Virus record (IMG/VR): IMGVR_UViG_3300036715_004471
Span: 248,001-312,000 of that record
Strand: one strand, 5' to 3'
DNA: 64,000 bases
Shown: positions 10,005 to 20,080 of the stretch, one piece after another
Position numbering within the stretch: position 1 is the first letter of the stretch
Layout: every line of letters begins with the position of its first letter
Made by a program: the position numbers and the translations under genes
Notes under the pieces: generated by a model
Told to the model about the DNA's origin: nothing
Seen by the model: only the letters and a program-made list of their open reading frames with translations
Database searches by the model: none

Positions 10005-10637
10005 TCCGTGGAATGCATCCATATTTGATGGATCGATATCTGTGTCATTGGTATCATCACCTTTACCTAGATTATTATATTGTGCATCATCGGCATAATT
10101 CTTACTTTTTTCTTCTAGATTCATTCTACTGACAGCTCTAACCAAATTATCTTCTTCCCAATCACTAGCATCTGAAACGTCACCATCATGAATAGATTTT
10201 ATTTTTTGAATGATAGCCGGAACAGGTAAGTTACCTCTAGTGGAGGTAATATAATTTCTAGCAGTTTCTTTGGCTCTTGGGCACTTGGTAAATACTATAG
10301 GAGCCATAGGTACTTTTTTATCAATGGCGCCATTATTATCTGAAGCGGTTTTTTTCTTGCTTGAGCCTTCATTGCCTGAAGTTTTACTTATATTGTTTAA
10401 GTAATCAGTTAATCCGCTTCTATTTTTCATATCATCTACGGCTGCTTGTACAGAAGGATATTTTGGTTTACCATTCATAATAGTAGTGATTTGTTCAAAA
10501 ATAGATTGATCTACTTTTTTAGGCTGAACGGCATCTTTTTGCAAAGATTTTTCAAACCTATTTAACCAATTATCTTCATCAATATGAGAATCTGAATTTC
10601 TGGATATGACTGATTGATGTCTGGAGTATTTTGACAT
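9984..10637 (-). CDS. hypothetical protein
   Basis: Start MSKYSR with AAGGA upstream. Confidence 0.7.
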   Translation of the reverse strand: MSKYSRHQSVISRNSDSHIDEDNWLNRFEKSLQKDAVQPKKVDQSIFEQITTIMNGKPKYPSVQAAVDDMKNRSGLTDYLNNISKTSGNEGSSKKKTASDNNGAIDKKVPMAPIVFTKCPRAKETARNYITSTRGNLPVPAIIQKIKSIHDGDVSDASDWEEDNLVRAVSRMNLEEKSKNYADDAQYNNLGKGDDTNDTDIDPSNMDAFHGLNPVKI

Positions 10638-10642
10638 GATTT

Positions 10643-11551
10643 TTATCCTTTGTAATTGGCTGCCCAATCGAAATTATCTGATGATGCTGTATCAACATCT
10701 TCATCTGGCATGTATCCTCTATCACCGCGCATTGGATATCCCATATCATATAGGAACCATCTGACTTCTGCCTTCTCTCTATCGTTCAGGCTCCATTTTT
10801 TAACTTGTTCTGCATATGTATACTCTATGTCATGTCCGGCAGAGACCATGCTATTTATACAAATCCTACCAATGCCAGAAATTAACAAAGGCACGGTCAC
10901 AAAAACTCCCTGCACGCCAGTAATTTTTTGACCTTCTTTAACTAATCCACTTTCTACATTGTCTGCTCTCTTCTTACGACGACCCTTAGTACTTTTCTTA
11001 ACTTTATCTAATCTATCATGCAATCTAGATAAACCATCATCAATTTTTGATCTAACTTCTTCAATTTTGTTAGCATCTAATTCGCCATCCAAATCCAATC
11101 TCATAGCCTTGGAAATTTCGCTATCTAATCTTTCCATGTATGATACTGCTCTTTCCAAACCTGCTGAATCATATCCAGAGTGCTTTGGAACATCATCAAT
11201 TCTTGTTTTAATCCAAGCAACAAAGCCGTGTGGTCCGTGATACTCCCAATCCCATTTTTCATTCTTTTTTGGTTTGGCTTCATTTTGATCCTCAGCTGGA
11301 GCCTCATCTACAACTTCTAATTGTGGAAGCTCTGGATCTTTAGTTCCATCTGGAGCGCCTGGCAAATCACCAAGTGATATTTCTAATTCGCCTTCATCTC
11401 CAACGCGCAACTCACCTTCATCACCATGTTCCTGAGCAGACATATCTACTTCTAATGGAACAATAGGAATAACAGAATTCTGGCTACTCTCATGATGAAC
11501 AGAGCCGGGATCTACAACTATTAATTCTTGTGCTGTTGATTTTAGTGACAT
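10643..11551 (-). CDS. hypothetical protein (acidic N-terminus)
   Basis: Start MSLKSTAQ with GAGG upstream. Confidence 0.7.
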   Translation of the reverse strand: MSLKSTAQELIVVDPGSVHHESSQNSVIPIVPLEVDMSAQEHGDEGELRVGDEGELEISLGDLPGAPDGTKDPELPQLEVVDEAPAEDQNEAKPKKNEKWDWEYHGPHGFVAWIKTRIDDVPKHSGYDSAGLERAVSYMERLDSEISKAMRLDLDGELDANKIEEVRSKIDDGLSRLHDRLDKVKKSTKGRRKKRADNVESGLVKEGQKITGVQGVFVTVPLLISGIGRICINSMVSAGHDIEYTYAEQVKKWSLNDREKAEVRWFLYDMGYPMRGDRGYMPDEDVDTASSDNFDWAANYKG

Positions 11552-11604
11552 TTTCAATACCTCTGAAGAACTTTTGAAATACAATTATATGTAAGAATAA
11601 TCCG

Positions 11605-11997
11605 TTAAATCCACATTTCATTATAAAATGTGTTTCCAGAATCTGTCTCACCATATTGTGGTTGTTCGGGACTTGGACTATCCAAATCTTCTTGTGGAGA
11701 AATACCATCAGGTAAACCATAAAGAGATGGTTCGGCAGGACTTAAATACTTTTTTATTAAAGCATCAATATCAACAGGCTCATCTTCCACATAATCTCTT
11801 CCAAAATCTAATGTGCTTGGGTCTTTTCCTTCAAAATCATTTTCTAGCAAATATTCATCTAGATTCCCGCCAATTTGGGCGCCATCACTATATGAACCAC
11901 TTTCCCAATTGATAAAACTATCTCCTACTTGTTCATCTACCGGAAAATCAATAGCAGTTTTGACAATTGAATTTATGACCTCTGCTCTTACTCTCAT
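11605..11997 (-). CDS. hypothetical acidic protein
   Basis: 130-aa ORF in operon. Confidence 0.65.
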   Translation of the reverse strand: MRVRAEVINSIVKTAIDFPVDEQVGDSFINWESGSYSDGAQIGGNLDEYLLENDFEGKDPSTLDFGRDYVEDEPVDIDALIKKYLSPAEPSLYGLPDGISPQEDLDSPSPEQPQYGETDSGNTFYNEMWI

Positions 11998-12000
11998 GTT

Positions 12001-12324
12001 TTAAGAACGTTGCTTTCTATTTGAGTCATTATCTTCAATCCAAAAATCATCTGCTTTATATTTGTCCTGCATATGTTTACGTTTAGCATCTCTGAATTCT
12101 TTAATGCTTTTATATTTATGCATGTGATGCCATCCAGCACCAGGACCTAATTTAGGTTTTCCATCTACACCTTCAACATCATATAAATCAAAATTTCTGT
12201 AGAAAGGTTCTTTGAAACGAGGTTGAACTAAAATAGCCTTTTCTGCCTTATACTTTTTCTTTTTAGGGGTTGGCTCATTGCCGCCTCCGCCCCCTTGAAA
12301 ATATGCTGTTTTATTTTGAGACAC
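12001..12324 (-). CDS. hypothetical basic protein
   Basis: GTG start after AAGGTGG, overlapping the upstream stop. Confidence 0.65.
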   Translation of the reverse strand: MSQNKTAYFQGGGGGNEPTPKKKKYKAEKAILVQPRFKEPFYRNFDLYDVEGVDGKPKLGPGAGWHHMHKYKSIKEFRDAKRKHMQDKYKADDFWIEDNDSNRKQRS

Positions 12325-13084
12325 TTATTCCACCTTTAACATGTTTGTTATAATATGGATACATAATCTCAGTAATAGGAACATAATTCCATATATTCAT
12401 TTTAGTCAAATTATAACTAGCACGGTCGGCATCTCTTTTGAAAGCCTCGTTCAATTTATCATTCAATGATTTTTCGGTAGCAATTCTAACTGAATTTGGA
12501 TTCTTTTTAACGAAATCTACTATTGACTGATCAATATCAAAACCCAATTTAGAAGCCAAATACACTGCTCTAATAACTCTGTTCTTATTTGAAGTTAATG
12601 TTATCTGTGGACTCAGACAAGTTTTAATTTTCTTTTCTTTGATATCCTTAAATCCGGCACGTGTCGGATCAATAATATTTTTTAAATCCAAAGATAACAG
12701 TAAAGCATTACAAGTAAAATCTCGACTAAACATTTCTTTTTGCATTTCTGTTGGATTTGCAATACCTTGTTTATTCAAAATAACTTCAATGCCGGGCGCA
12801 TTGAAGTTTGAAGAAAAATCTATTTTCAAGTTTCCCACATGGATAGTGCTATGACCATCTTCCATGGTTTTCCTATTAATGTTGTATCTTTTCTTAAATT
12901 CTTCTGCAAACCGTTGTGATAACAAATCTACAGATTTATCTCCAGTAGTAACATCTAAATCAGAAATATTATCTAGTCTTTTTAAGTACTTATCTCTGGG
13001 CGTACCTCCGCAAATATAAGGCTCGGAAGCCTTAATCTCTTGTTGGACCGCTTTCATAGTAGAAAGTAACTCACGTAATTTCAT
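12311..13084 (-). CDS. class II tRNA nucleotidyltransferase / poly(A) polymerase family protein (short, atypical template motif)
   Basis: GGTPRD...DLD (D42/D44), third carboxylate D89, SRDFTCNA, NRVIRA...KLGF. EDxxR position reads SNKNR. Confidence 0.85.
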   Translation of the reverse strand: MKLRELLSTMKAVQQEIKASEPYICGGTPRDKYLKRLDNISDLDVTTGDKSVDLLSQRFAEEFKKRYNINRKTMEDGHSTIHVGNLKIDFSSNFNAPGIEVILNKQGIANPTEMQKEMFSRDFTCNALLLSLDLKNIIDPTRAGFKDIKEKKIKTCLSPQITLTSNKNRVIRAVYLASKLGFDIDQSIVDFVKKNPNSVRIATEKSLNDKLNEAFKRDADRASYNLTKMNIWNYVPITEIMYPYYNKHVKGGISVSK

Positions 13085-13086
13085 AA

Positions 13087-14913
13087 TTATCTAGCTGGTG
13101 CGGCTGTAGGTTTAGCTGGTTGAGGTGCTTCCGGTGGAGCAGGGGGCTTACTTAAATCTTCTTCGATATCAACTTCTGGAGTCTCTTTTGCCGGCTGCAT
13201 AGATTCTGCTAATTCACGATCAGCTTGCTCTGCTCTCATCTTTTTCTTAGTCTTATCCTTCTGTTCTTGCATTTCTAATTTTTGCCTAAATGCTTCATCT
13301 TCTGGAGATGTGCTTTTATTATCGCCTCTCAAATCTAAATCTTTTCCTTCTATTCCACCTTCCAATTTAGATAAAATATCATCTAAACGTGTAGCAATAT
13401 AGTTGTTTGATTCCAATGCTTTGTTAATAGCTTCTGATAAAGAAGGGAAGTATGCCGCCCAACCTTTACTATCTAACATCATATCAATGATTGAAAGTTG
13501 TCTTGGAATTTCTCTAGTTTTATAGACTTTGGCAATGTCTTTCAATTTGCTAATAATATCATTAACTGTTACATTAGCAAAAGCCGAATCAATGATTCTA
13601 TCAAAATCTCTTGATTCTGGTGAAGAACCTGCATCTACTTCGGCTACATTATCAGTAGAAGGTTTTAGTGTTTTTGATGGTTTTGGTGGAACCACTGGTG
13701 CGACTGGAGGTTTAGCCGGCATTTTAGATGCAGGTGGCGGAGGAACTTCTTGCGCTTCTGTAACCAATACCTCATCTTCAATATCATTAACATCTAAACT
13801 ATCGCTAACTTCTAAGATATCATCTTCTGATGCATGTTCATCATCTTTTTCACCTGGATCAAGATTCTTCAAAAATAAATCAATGCCTTTTGGTGTTGAT
13901 TCATTTGGTGCGCTTTCTGGAGGTGTTTGAGGCATTCCCGGACCAATAGATGGCAATCCTCCAGGAGCGCCAGTATTTTGTGTTGGAGGCGCTGGAGAAA
14001 CAGGAGTTATAGGCGCACCCACATCATTAGTTCCAGTTCCCGGAGGTGGCGGGTTATTGGCTTGAGAAATTGAAAATAGCAAATTAGCGGCTTTAACAAA
14101 ACCCTTCTTATTCATGATATTAGCCTCACGAATAATCATATCTTCATACAATTTAGTAGAGATACTAATCTTATTTACCATTTGAATTTTCTTTTTCAAT
14201 TGATAAATAATTTCCAATAGAGACTCAAATTCTTTTCCTGCAAAAATTTGTCCCTCATGTGTTCTTAATAATTTTTCTGCCGAATCTAATCTTCCAACAA
14301 TCTTATTTCTTTGCTTCTCTATAATACGTTTCTTTTCGGAAGCAGGAAGCTCGTCGGCAATAGAATCACGAGCCATATCAATGTCTTGTCCTTGGACAGA
14401 AGGCGTCTGTTCTTTTTGAGGATCTTGTTTGATATGCAAAAAATAACCTGGAGAACCATTTTCATACCATAATTGAGCCGTTTTGTATTTCAAATGAGTG
14501 TTTCCTTCGTAAAATTTCAACCAATTAAGAAAATCATAAGTTTCCATTGGATTCCAACCATTAGTGGCTTGTCTAATAGCGGCTATACGATTGGCACCAT
14601 TTCTTTCCTTATAATAAACTTCTCTAACTGTTTGTAACCATTTTGCAGTATCACGCGCTCCCGGAATATGAGAATATTGTTCATTATTTGGATAAGCTTT
14701 CTTATCTCCAACAATATCTCCTCTGCCTGTACCGTCTAAAAACTCTGAATCAAATCCACCATATGGATTTTTTATTTTTCCAAAGAAGTCCAATAGTTTT
14801 TGGATCTTAGCTTCCATTTCTGGTGTATAAACCTGATCTTGCTCCTCTGGAGCTACCCAAGTTTTATCTACCATTTTTGACCAAGGCATATCTGGTTTTA
14901 CTTTAATAGTCAT
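13087..14913 (-). CDS. large hypothetical protein with Pro-rich and acidic linkers
   Basis: 608-aa ORF in head module. Confidence 0.75.
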   Translation of the reverse strand: MTIKVKPDMPWSKMVDKTWVAPEEQDQVYTPEMEAKIQKLLDFFGKIKNPYGGFDSEFLDGTGRGDIVGDKKAYPNNEQYSHIPGARDTAKWLQTVREVYYKERNGANRIAAIRQATNGWNPMETYDFLNWLKFYEGNTHLKYKTAQLWYENGSPGYFLHIKQDPQKEQTPSVQGQDIDMARDSIADELPASEKKRIIEKQRNKIVGRLDSAEKLLRTHEGQIFAGKEFESLLEIIYQLKKKIQMVNKISISTKLYEDMIIREANIMNKKGFVKAANLLFSISQANNPPPPGTGTNDVGAPITPVSPAPPTQNTGAPGGLPSIGPGMPQTPPESAPNESTPKGIDLFLKNLDPGEKDDEHASEDDILEVSDSLDVNDIEDEVLVTEAQEVPPPPASKMPAKPPVAPVVPPKPSKTLKPSTDNVAEVDAGSSPESRDFDRIIDSAFANVTVNDIISKLKDIAKVYKTREIPRQLSIIDMMLDSKGWAAYFPSLSEAINKALESNNYIATRLDDILSKLEGGIEGKDLDLRGDNKSTSPEDEAFRQKLEMQEQKDKTKKKMRAEQADRELAESMQPAKETPEVDIEEDLSKPPAPPEAPQPAKPTAAPAR

Positions 14914-14918
14914 AGTGG

Positions 14919-15677
14919 TTACTCATTAATCTTTTTGTTTATGGTCTCATTGAGTAACTTAGCTTCTGCCAGCCTCATTTCTGAACTGGTACCAGACTCT
15001 TTATCTGGTGCTTTTAATTTAGCCATTTTCTCGTTAAAGACTTCCATGAAATATAAAGAAGTTTCCAAATCCATTTGAGAAAGAACTTCTTTGATTACAT
15101 CATGAAATACAGAAATATGCTGATCTACCACCTGCAAAGTAACGTTATGTTGTATTACTTGATCGGCGGCTGGTGTCTCTGTGAATTTATGACACTTATC
15201 TAATAGATTGCCTAGCACTTCTGCATAGTCAATCATTAATCTATCAATTCTAGTATTTATGTTTCGTGGATCTTCTTGAATCTCATCAAAAACTTGCGCA
15301 AAACGAGTTTCTAATCCAATTACCATTCTCTTGATAGTTTGTCTAATATCTAATTCTTCTTCTGCTGACTTTAACATAATAGTTTTGTAAGCAGGGGAAT
15401 TTTTAACAGTTAGTTGCAAATTATCTTCTGTAGAAGTGGCAAGAGCAACCTTGCTTTTGACAAGATCCTCCTGAATCAAACTATAAATATCTAAATAATT
15501 ATCTTGGAATGATTTAATAGATTTTTCAGCGATAACAAATTTTGCTTCGCTGACATTGGTGTATTTTGATTTTAACCAATCATAAATATCCTTAGATGAT
15601 ATTCCAAGGAATAGTTTAGAAATAATTTCATCCTTGTCGGGATGGTCCAATATTTTCTTGAGTGCTGTTTTGTTCAT
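14919..15677 (-). CDS. hypothetical protein; possible terminase small subunit
   Basis: N-terminal HTH-like ILDHPDKDEII..L..G.S...I..WL, central helical hairpin, head-module location. Function is inference only. Confidence 0.35.
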   Translation of the reverse strand: MNKTALKKILDHPDKDEIISKLFLGISSKDIYDWLKSKYTNVSEAKFVIAEKSIKSFQDNYLDIYSLIQEDLVKSKVALATSTEDNLQLTVKNSPAYKTIMLKSAEEELDIRQTIKRMVIGLETRFAQVFDEIQEDPRNINTRIDRLMIDYAEVLGNLLDKCHKFTETPAADQVIQHNVTLQVVDQHISVFHDVIKEVLSQMDLETSLYFMEVFNEKMAKLKAPDKESGTSSEMRLAEAKLLNETINKKINE

Positions 15678-15817
15678 TGTTCACTTTTTTCATGTTTCTT
15701 TAAAACATCTAATAAAACTTCACAATAACTAAGCATTAATTTGTCATTTTTTATGTCATGAGGGTTTGTTTGAATTTCATTGAAAACTTGACTAATTCTT
15801 TTTCTATACATATGCAT
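15674..15817 (-). pseudogene. disrupted mini-paralog of the central region of ORF 14919-15677
   Basis: Encodes RISQVFNEIQTNPHDIK and, past a stop/frame disruption near 15735-15755, SYCEVLLDVLKKH; aligns to RFAQVFDEIQEDPRNI...DYAEVLGNLLDKCH. Ends in an ATGA overlap with that gene. Confidence 0.6.
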
Positions 15818-15819
15818 AA

Positions 15820-15828
15820 ATTATAACA
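15820..15828 (-). promoter_or_regulatory. extended -10 promoter TGTTATAAT
   Basis: Perfect TGnTATAAT just after the endonuclease stop. Confidence 0.6.
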
Positions 15829-15829
15829 T

Positions 15830-16732
15830 TCATTTCTCATTTTTATTTTTCCAATCTGATTCCCAAATAGATACTAAATTATACCCGGCATTTTTTATCA
15901 TTTTCTCTCTTACCATAGTATCTTTATACAGATCACCACATCTTTTATTATTTTTGTGATTCATTGTTTCTGCATCGTAAATTTTCGGATTTCCGTGAAA
16001 ATAATCGCCATAAAATTCATAAATGGTATTGGTTTGTGGGTCAAAACCATCTGGTTTTATATACGAATCATTCATATAAATTCTACAATGTCTATGTATA
16101 TTATCATTAGATATACCCAAACTATCCAACCATTCCATTTCTGGTTTAGATGAATTGCTTGAACAGGTGGGGCATCCAACACCATTCAAATATGAATCCG
16201 GACATTGCCAAAAAGAACCATGCTTGCGGCATGATATTTCAATGTCAGTTCTGGCGTTTAAATATTCTCCTGGATAAGTGTATTTATCATTATGAATAGC
16301 ATTTGCTTCTTTAACAAATTGTAATTTTGTTTTCTTAACAGTGCCGGCGCATTTTGGACATCCATTTCCTTGTAGATGCTTATCAGGTGTTTGTAAAAAC
16401 ATGTCATGAATTTTACAATGTATTTTGATTTTGATTTTGGATCCCTTATAATCTTCCAAATATATATACTTGTTATTATGAATAATATTAGCTTTTTTTA
16501 TGAAATCTTCACTTGATTTTCTGAACAAATTCTTTCTGTATTCTATAGCACAATTAGGGCACCCACATCCTTGTAAATGACTACTTGGAATTTGTTCAAA
16601 AATTCCATGAATTGGACATTCAATACCTATTTTAATAGAATCACCGCAATAAGTATAAGGATATTTATACTTATTGCGGTGAATTTTATTAGCTTGTTCG
16701 ACAAATTGTAAATTTGTTTTCTTTAAACACAT
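15830..16732 (-). CDS. free-standing homing-type endonuclease: three Cys/His zinc-binding repeats plus C-terminal Vsr/PD-(D/E)XK-like domain
   Basis: Three repeats F..AN.IH..KY.Y...C..H..F.Q.P...L.G.GCP.C; C-terminal DGFD...IYEFYGDYFHGNP...SIWESDW. Paralog at 36856-37773. Confidence 0.75.
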   Translation of the reverse strand: MCLKKTNLQFVEQANKIHRNKYKYPYTYCGDSIKIGIECPIHGIFEQIPSSHLQGCGCPNCAIEYRKNLFRKSSEDFIKKANIIHNNKYIYLEDYKGSKIKIKIHCKIHDMFLQTPDKHLQGNGCPKCAGTVKKTKLQFVKEANAIHNDKYTYPGEYLNARTDIEISCRKHGSFWQCPDSYLNGVGCPTCSSNSSKPEMEWLDSLGISNDNIHRHCRIYMNDSYIKPDGFDPQTNTIYEFYGDYFHGNPKIYDAETMNHKNNKRCGDLYKDTMVREKMIKNAGYNLVSIWESDWKNKNEK

Positions 16733-16771
16733 ATAATAATGAGTTATTATTCCTAGAATACCTTCCCTAGT

Positions 16772-17482
16772 TTAATTATTTTGTCCCAAACGTCCGCTTC
16801 TAGTATCGAAAATTGCATGAGTAGGAACGCCTAAACCTTGAGTTTGTTGTGACACATCGCCACCAGGAACCTTGGTTCCATTATTTAACTCAAAACCAGT
16901 TTCAAAATTGTATGTTTTTTTATCCATTTCACATTGCCAAATATGCTCACCTACACGAGATATTTGAACACCCGCATGATCAGGACAATATCTTGTGCTT
17001 AAAGGAGCTTCAAGAATATTAAACTGTTTTATAAACTTGCTCTTATCAATTGCCTTTTCTGAGTCTGCAATTTTATTGGTTTTTGCTAATTCTTTACGAG
17101 GATCTTCATATTTCTTTTTCAACTCTTCTAATCTATTATCTTCTAGATCTTTTCTAGCAGCTAAAGCATTAGGTGGAGCAGCAATAGTCAACAACAACTC
17201 ATCAATTACAGATGCTTGTTTTTTTAATTCTGGATCGCCAGATGAATATAGCGCAGTAGCAAGAGCAGCCATGCCGTCTATCGAATCCGGAGTAATTACA
17301 GATTCAACAGGTTCAATAGCATCTACTTGCTCGGCGGCATTTTTTAACAATTGGGCAGCTAAAACACAAGATTCAGCCACTATGTTAGCGCAAGTGTCAT
17401 CACCTTCTGCTAACATAAGTGCTTCGTTGTTTGGACTCTCTAGCCAAGAAGCCATAGTATTCAATAATTCAGCTATTCTCAT
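16772..17482 (-). CDS. hypothetical protein with C-terminal Cys/His motif
   Basis: YCPDH...WQC near the C-terminus. Confidence 0.7.
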   Translation of the reverse strand: MRIAELLNTMASWLESPNNEALMLAEGDDTCANIVAESCVLAAQLLKNAAEQVDAIEPVESVITPDSIDGMAALATALYSSGDPELKKQASVIDELLLTIAAPPNALAARKDLEDNRLEELKKKYEDPRKELAKTNKIADSEKAIDKSKFIKQFNILEAPLSTRYCPDHAGVQISRVGEHIWQCEMDKKTYNFETGFELNNGTKVPGGDVSQQTQGLGVPTHAIFDTRSGRLGQNN

Positions 17483-18467
17483 AGGTACCCTTTAATAAAA
17501 GTTTGTCAAGAAACTTCAAAACACCGTCGCTTCGAATAAGGCGTTGACGATCTTCTTCAATTATTCTTTGAGCATGTGCATCATCTCTTTGTTGAATCAA
17601 TGGTTGCATACGCTCTCTTTCAAGCCTGGCAGCCTCTTCTTTACGCAATTTTGATTTCTCTTTTAGTTCTTTAATTTTAGCTAACTCATCTTCTGAAACT
17701 TCGGTTTCAGGCTCTGCTCCATGTTCAAAATAACTATCATTATCAGACAACCTTTGTCTGATAAGTTGAGCTAGATATTCTACCTCTCTGCTTAATTCGG
17801 GAGCATCCGCAGGACGATGACCTCTATCTATGGCATTGATAACAGTTGTTAGTTTTTGTCTTAATTCTGGATACTCCAAAACTTTCGTTACAATATCTAA
17901 AGTAGTTAACCCCATAGCTTGAGCTTCTGGAGTAATCAAAAATCTCTGTATTTTATCTTTACTTAATTCTTTTCTTTGAGGTTCAATTAAACCACCTGCT
18001 AATGACCCTTCTGGAACTAAGGTTTTTAATTTTATAGCAGCTTTTTCTAATAATCCAAAGATCCTGGTTAAAGCAGTTTCATACTTTGATTTTATATGTT
18101 CTCTGTATTGAATATCACTTTGTCTTTTGATTCTGATAGCATCATGAATAAAGTTTCTAACCTTTTTCTCTGGATCTTTTTTATATTCAGAAATGATTTT
18201 TAGAACTTCATTCACTTGTGTAAAAAGTGTGGGAGCATCGTAATCATTTATGTTTTTCACCAAATCTTCCATTATTTCAACTAATTTGGTAGTTTCTGGT
18301 TCATTAAACTCTTTTGATACTTTACTAATAACCGGTTCTTTTGCAGTTTCTGATACATGTAGCTGATAAGCTAGCTTAATTTCCTTCTTAGCCTCATCTA
18401 ATTTAGTAGAAGCTAATTTGAGAACATATTTAACCTCAACAGCTTTTGCTAGCCTCTCTGTTGTCAT
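17469..18467 (-). CDS. hypothetical coiled-coil protein
   Basis: 332-aa ORF overlapping the next gene. Confidence 0.7.
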   Translation of the reverse strand: MTTERLAKAVEVKYVLKLASTKLDEAKKEIKLAYQLHVSETAKEPVISKVSKEFNEPETTKLVEIMEDLVKNINDYDAPTLFTQVNEVLKIISEYKKDPEKKVRNFIHDAIRIKRQSDIQYREHIKSKYETALTRIFGLLEKAAIKLKTLVPEGSLAGGLIEPQRKELSKDKIQRFLITPEAQAMGLTTLDIVTKVLEYPELRQKLTTVINAIDRGHRPADAPELSREVEYLAQLIRQRLSDNDSYFEHGAEPETEVSEDELAKIKELKEKSKLRKEEAARLERERMQPLIQQRDDAHAQRIIEEDRQRLIRSDGVLKFLDKLLLKGTYENS

Positions 18468-18472
18468 TTGTA

Positions 18473-20080
18473 TTACCCAAAAATCTTGTAGTTGTTAAAT
18501 GTAACAGCTTCGTAACCTTCTTCCATACCTTTCCTATATAGAGGTCTGCAATTACCTTCTTTATCAATGTAAGTCTTATGAACCGGTAGTCCAGTGTGTG
18601 AACAAATTGGATGTTCACTGGAAGCACTTTTAATCATTTTGTTGCAAGTTGGTTCGGCAGAAGCGTTAGCGACCTTGCCTGATAATCCTTGAACAAAAGC
18701 TTGGAATCCAAAGGCATATGCTTTTGCATCTCTAGAATTTGCTAATACATTCAAAGCATCTTCAGCACCTTCATGATTTCCTTCACTTAGTGCTTTCTTA
18801 ATATTAGTAATTAATTCACTTGGTTTAAGATTATACACAGGTGAGGCGGAGGCAGCAGCTTTGAAGTCAGAATGGTTACTCTTAACTAGAGTGTTTATGG
18901 TTTCTTCGCTGAAAGAACCAACAGTTCCATTACATAGCATTACAGATGGTGAAGAGATCTTACCATTTGCAACCTTAATTGGCACAGTAAATCCTACACG
19001 ACCATTATTTAATGCAACGCTCAAATAAATTGCGCCCGGCTCTGATCCTGATACTGTAATTTGCGGATTTTTATATCCAAATCCAAGAATTTCACGAGCA
19101 ACACATTCGCGAGCTAATTTTACAACTTGTTCTCCAAATTGTAACATTGCCGTACCTTGTGGCGAAGCAAATTTCTCTTCAAATGATTGGAATTCATCAG
19201 ATTTTGGTAGTTCAACATCTTTTACAGATGCTTCTGCCATCTTTTGACCAACAATCTGATTGTGAAAGAATTCTGACTTTCCCTGTCTAGTAGCATTAAG
19301 TTTAGTCAATGCTAATTCAGCCGCACTAATTTCTCTATTTTCAGTAGATGCTTGAGTTAGTAAACTCAAGATAGATGTTCCGCTAGCTTTTAATTTGCTA
19401 CCAGCATTAGTGGTAACATACTTTTTAACATTAGTATGATCCAAATCTTGTGGACCAGTATTACCCATAAAAACAGATGCTTCTGAAAGTTTTCCGCGAT
19501 GAATTTCTACTGGAACATAAAATCCAGTAACACCTTTTGGAGTTTCGTATTCTGCTCTAATCATTAAAAACTTATCATTACCATCTTCCATTACTAATGA
19601 AGATGGTCTCAAGTTCCAAGAATCTAAAGTAGAAGCAACGGTTTTTATAGCTTGATTAGCCAAACTTTGATTATACATCTTAACAGGGGAACCATCAAAA
19701 ACACTATTTAAAGCATTTGATAAAATTTGATCTCCTACCTGATAAGGGTTAAGCATGGCAGCATCATCTCTTTCATAAGTCTTGATATTAGGCTCATTAT
19801 CAATGATACCTAACTCATCTTGAAAAAGCTCAGCCACTTTGTTATTACGTGAATACAATTTATTGTATAGTGATTTGAAATCAGCCTTTTTAATAAAAAG
19901 TGTGTTATTGGATGCCATTTTTTCGATTACTCTAGACATGGATCCCAAAGTCTGATCTTGGGGGTAGAGGTTCACGTACTTAGCCAATTTAGCCGCAAGA
20001 ATTGGTGTAGCCAATTTTTCATTGTCGTCTATTGATTTAGCTAGTGAACTTACTAATTGCTGAATTTTTTCGAGACTCAT
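18473..20080 (-). CDS. large hypothetical protein with C-terminal Cys/His motif
   Basis: 535 aa; CNK...CSHTGLPVH...CRP. Confidence 0.75.
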   Translation of the reverse strand: MSLEKIQQLVSSLAKSIDDNEKLATPILAAKLAKYVNLYPQDQTLGSMSRVIEKMASNNTLFIKKADFKSLYNKLYSRNNKVAELFQDELGIIDNEPNIKTYERDDAAMLNPYQVGDQILSNALNSVFDGSPVKMYNQSLANQAIKTVASTLDSWNLRPSSLVMEDGNDKFLMIRAEYETPKGVTGFYVPVEIHRGKLSEASVFMGNTGPQDLDHTNVKKYVTTNAGSKLKASGTSILSLLTQASTENREISAAELALTKLNATRQGKSEFFHNQIVGQKMAEASVKDVELPKSDEFQSFEEKFASPQGTAMLQFGEQVVKLARECVAREILGFGYKNPQITVSGSEPGAIYLSVALNNGRVGFTVPIKVANGKISSPSVMLCNGTVGSFSEETINTLVKSNHSDFKAAASASPVYNLKPSELITNIKKALSEGNHEGAEDALNVLANSRDAKAYAFGFQAFVQGLSGKVANASAEPTCNKMIKSASSEHPICSHTGLPVHKTYIDKEGNCRPLYRKGMEEGYEAVTFNNYKIFG

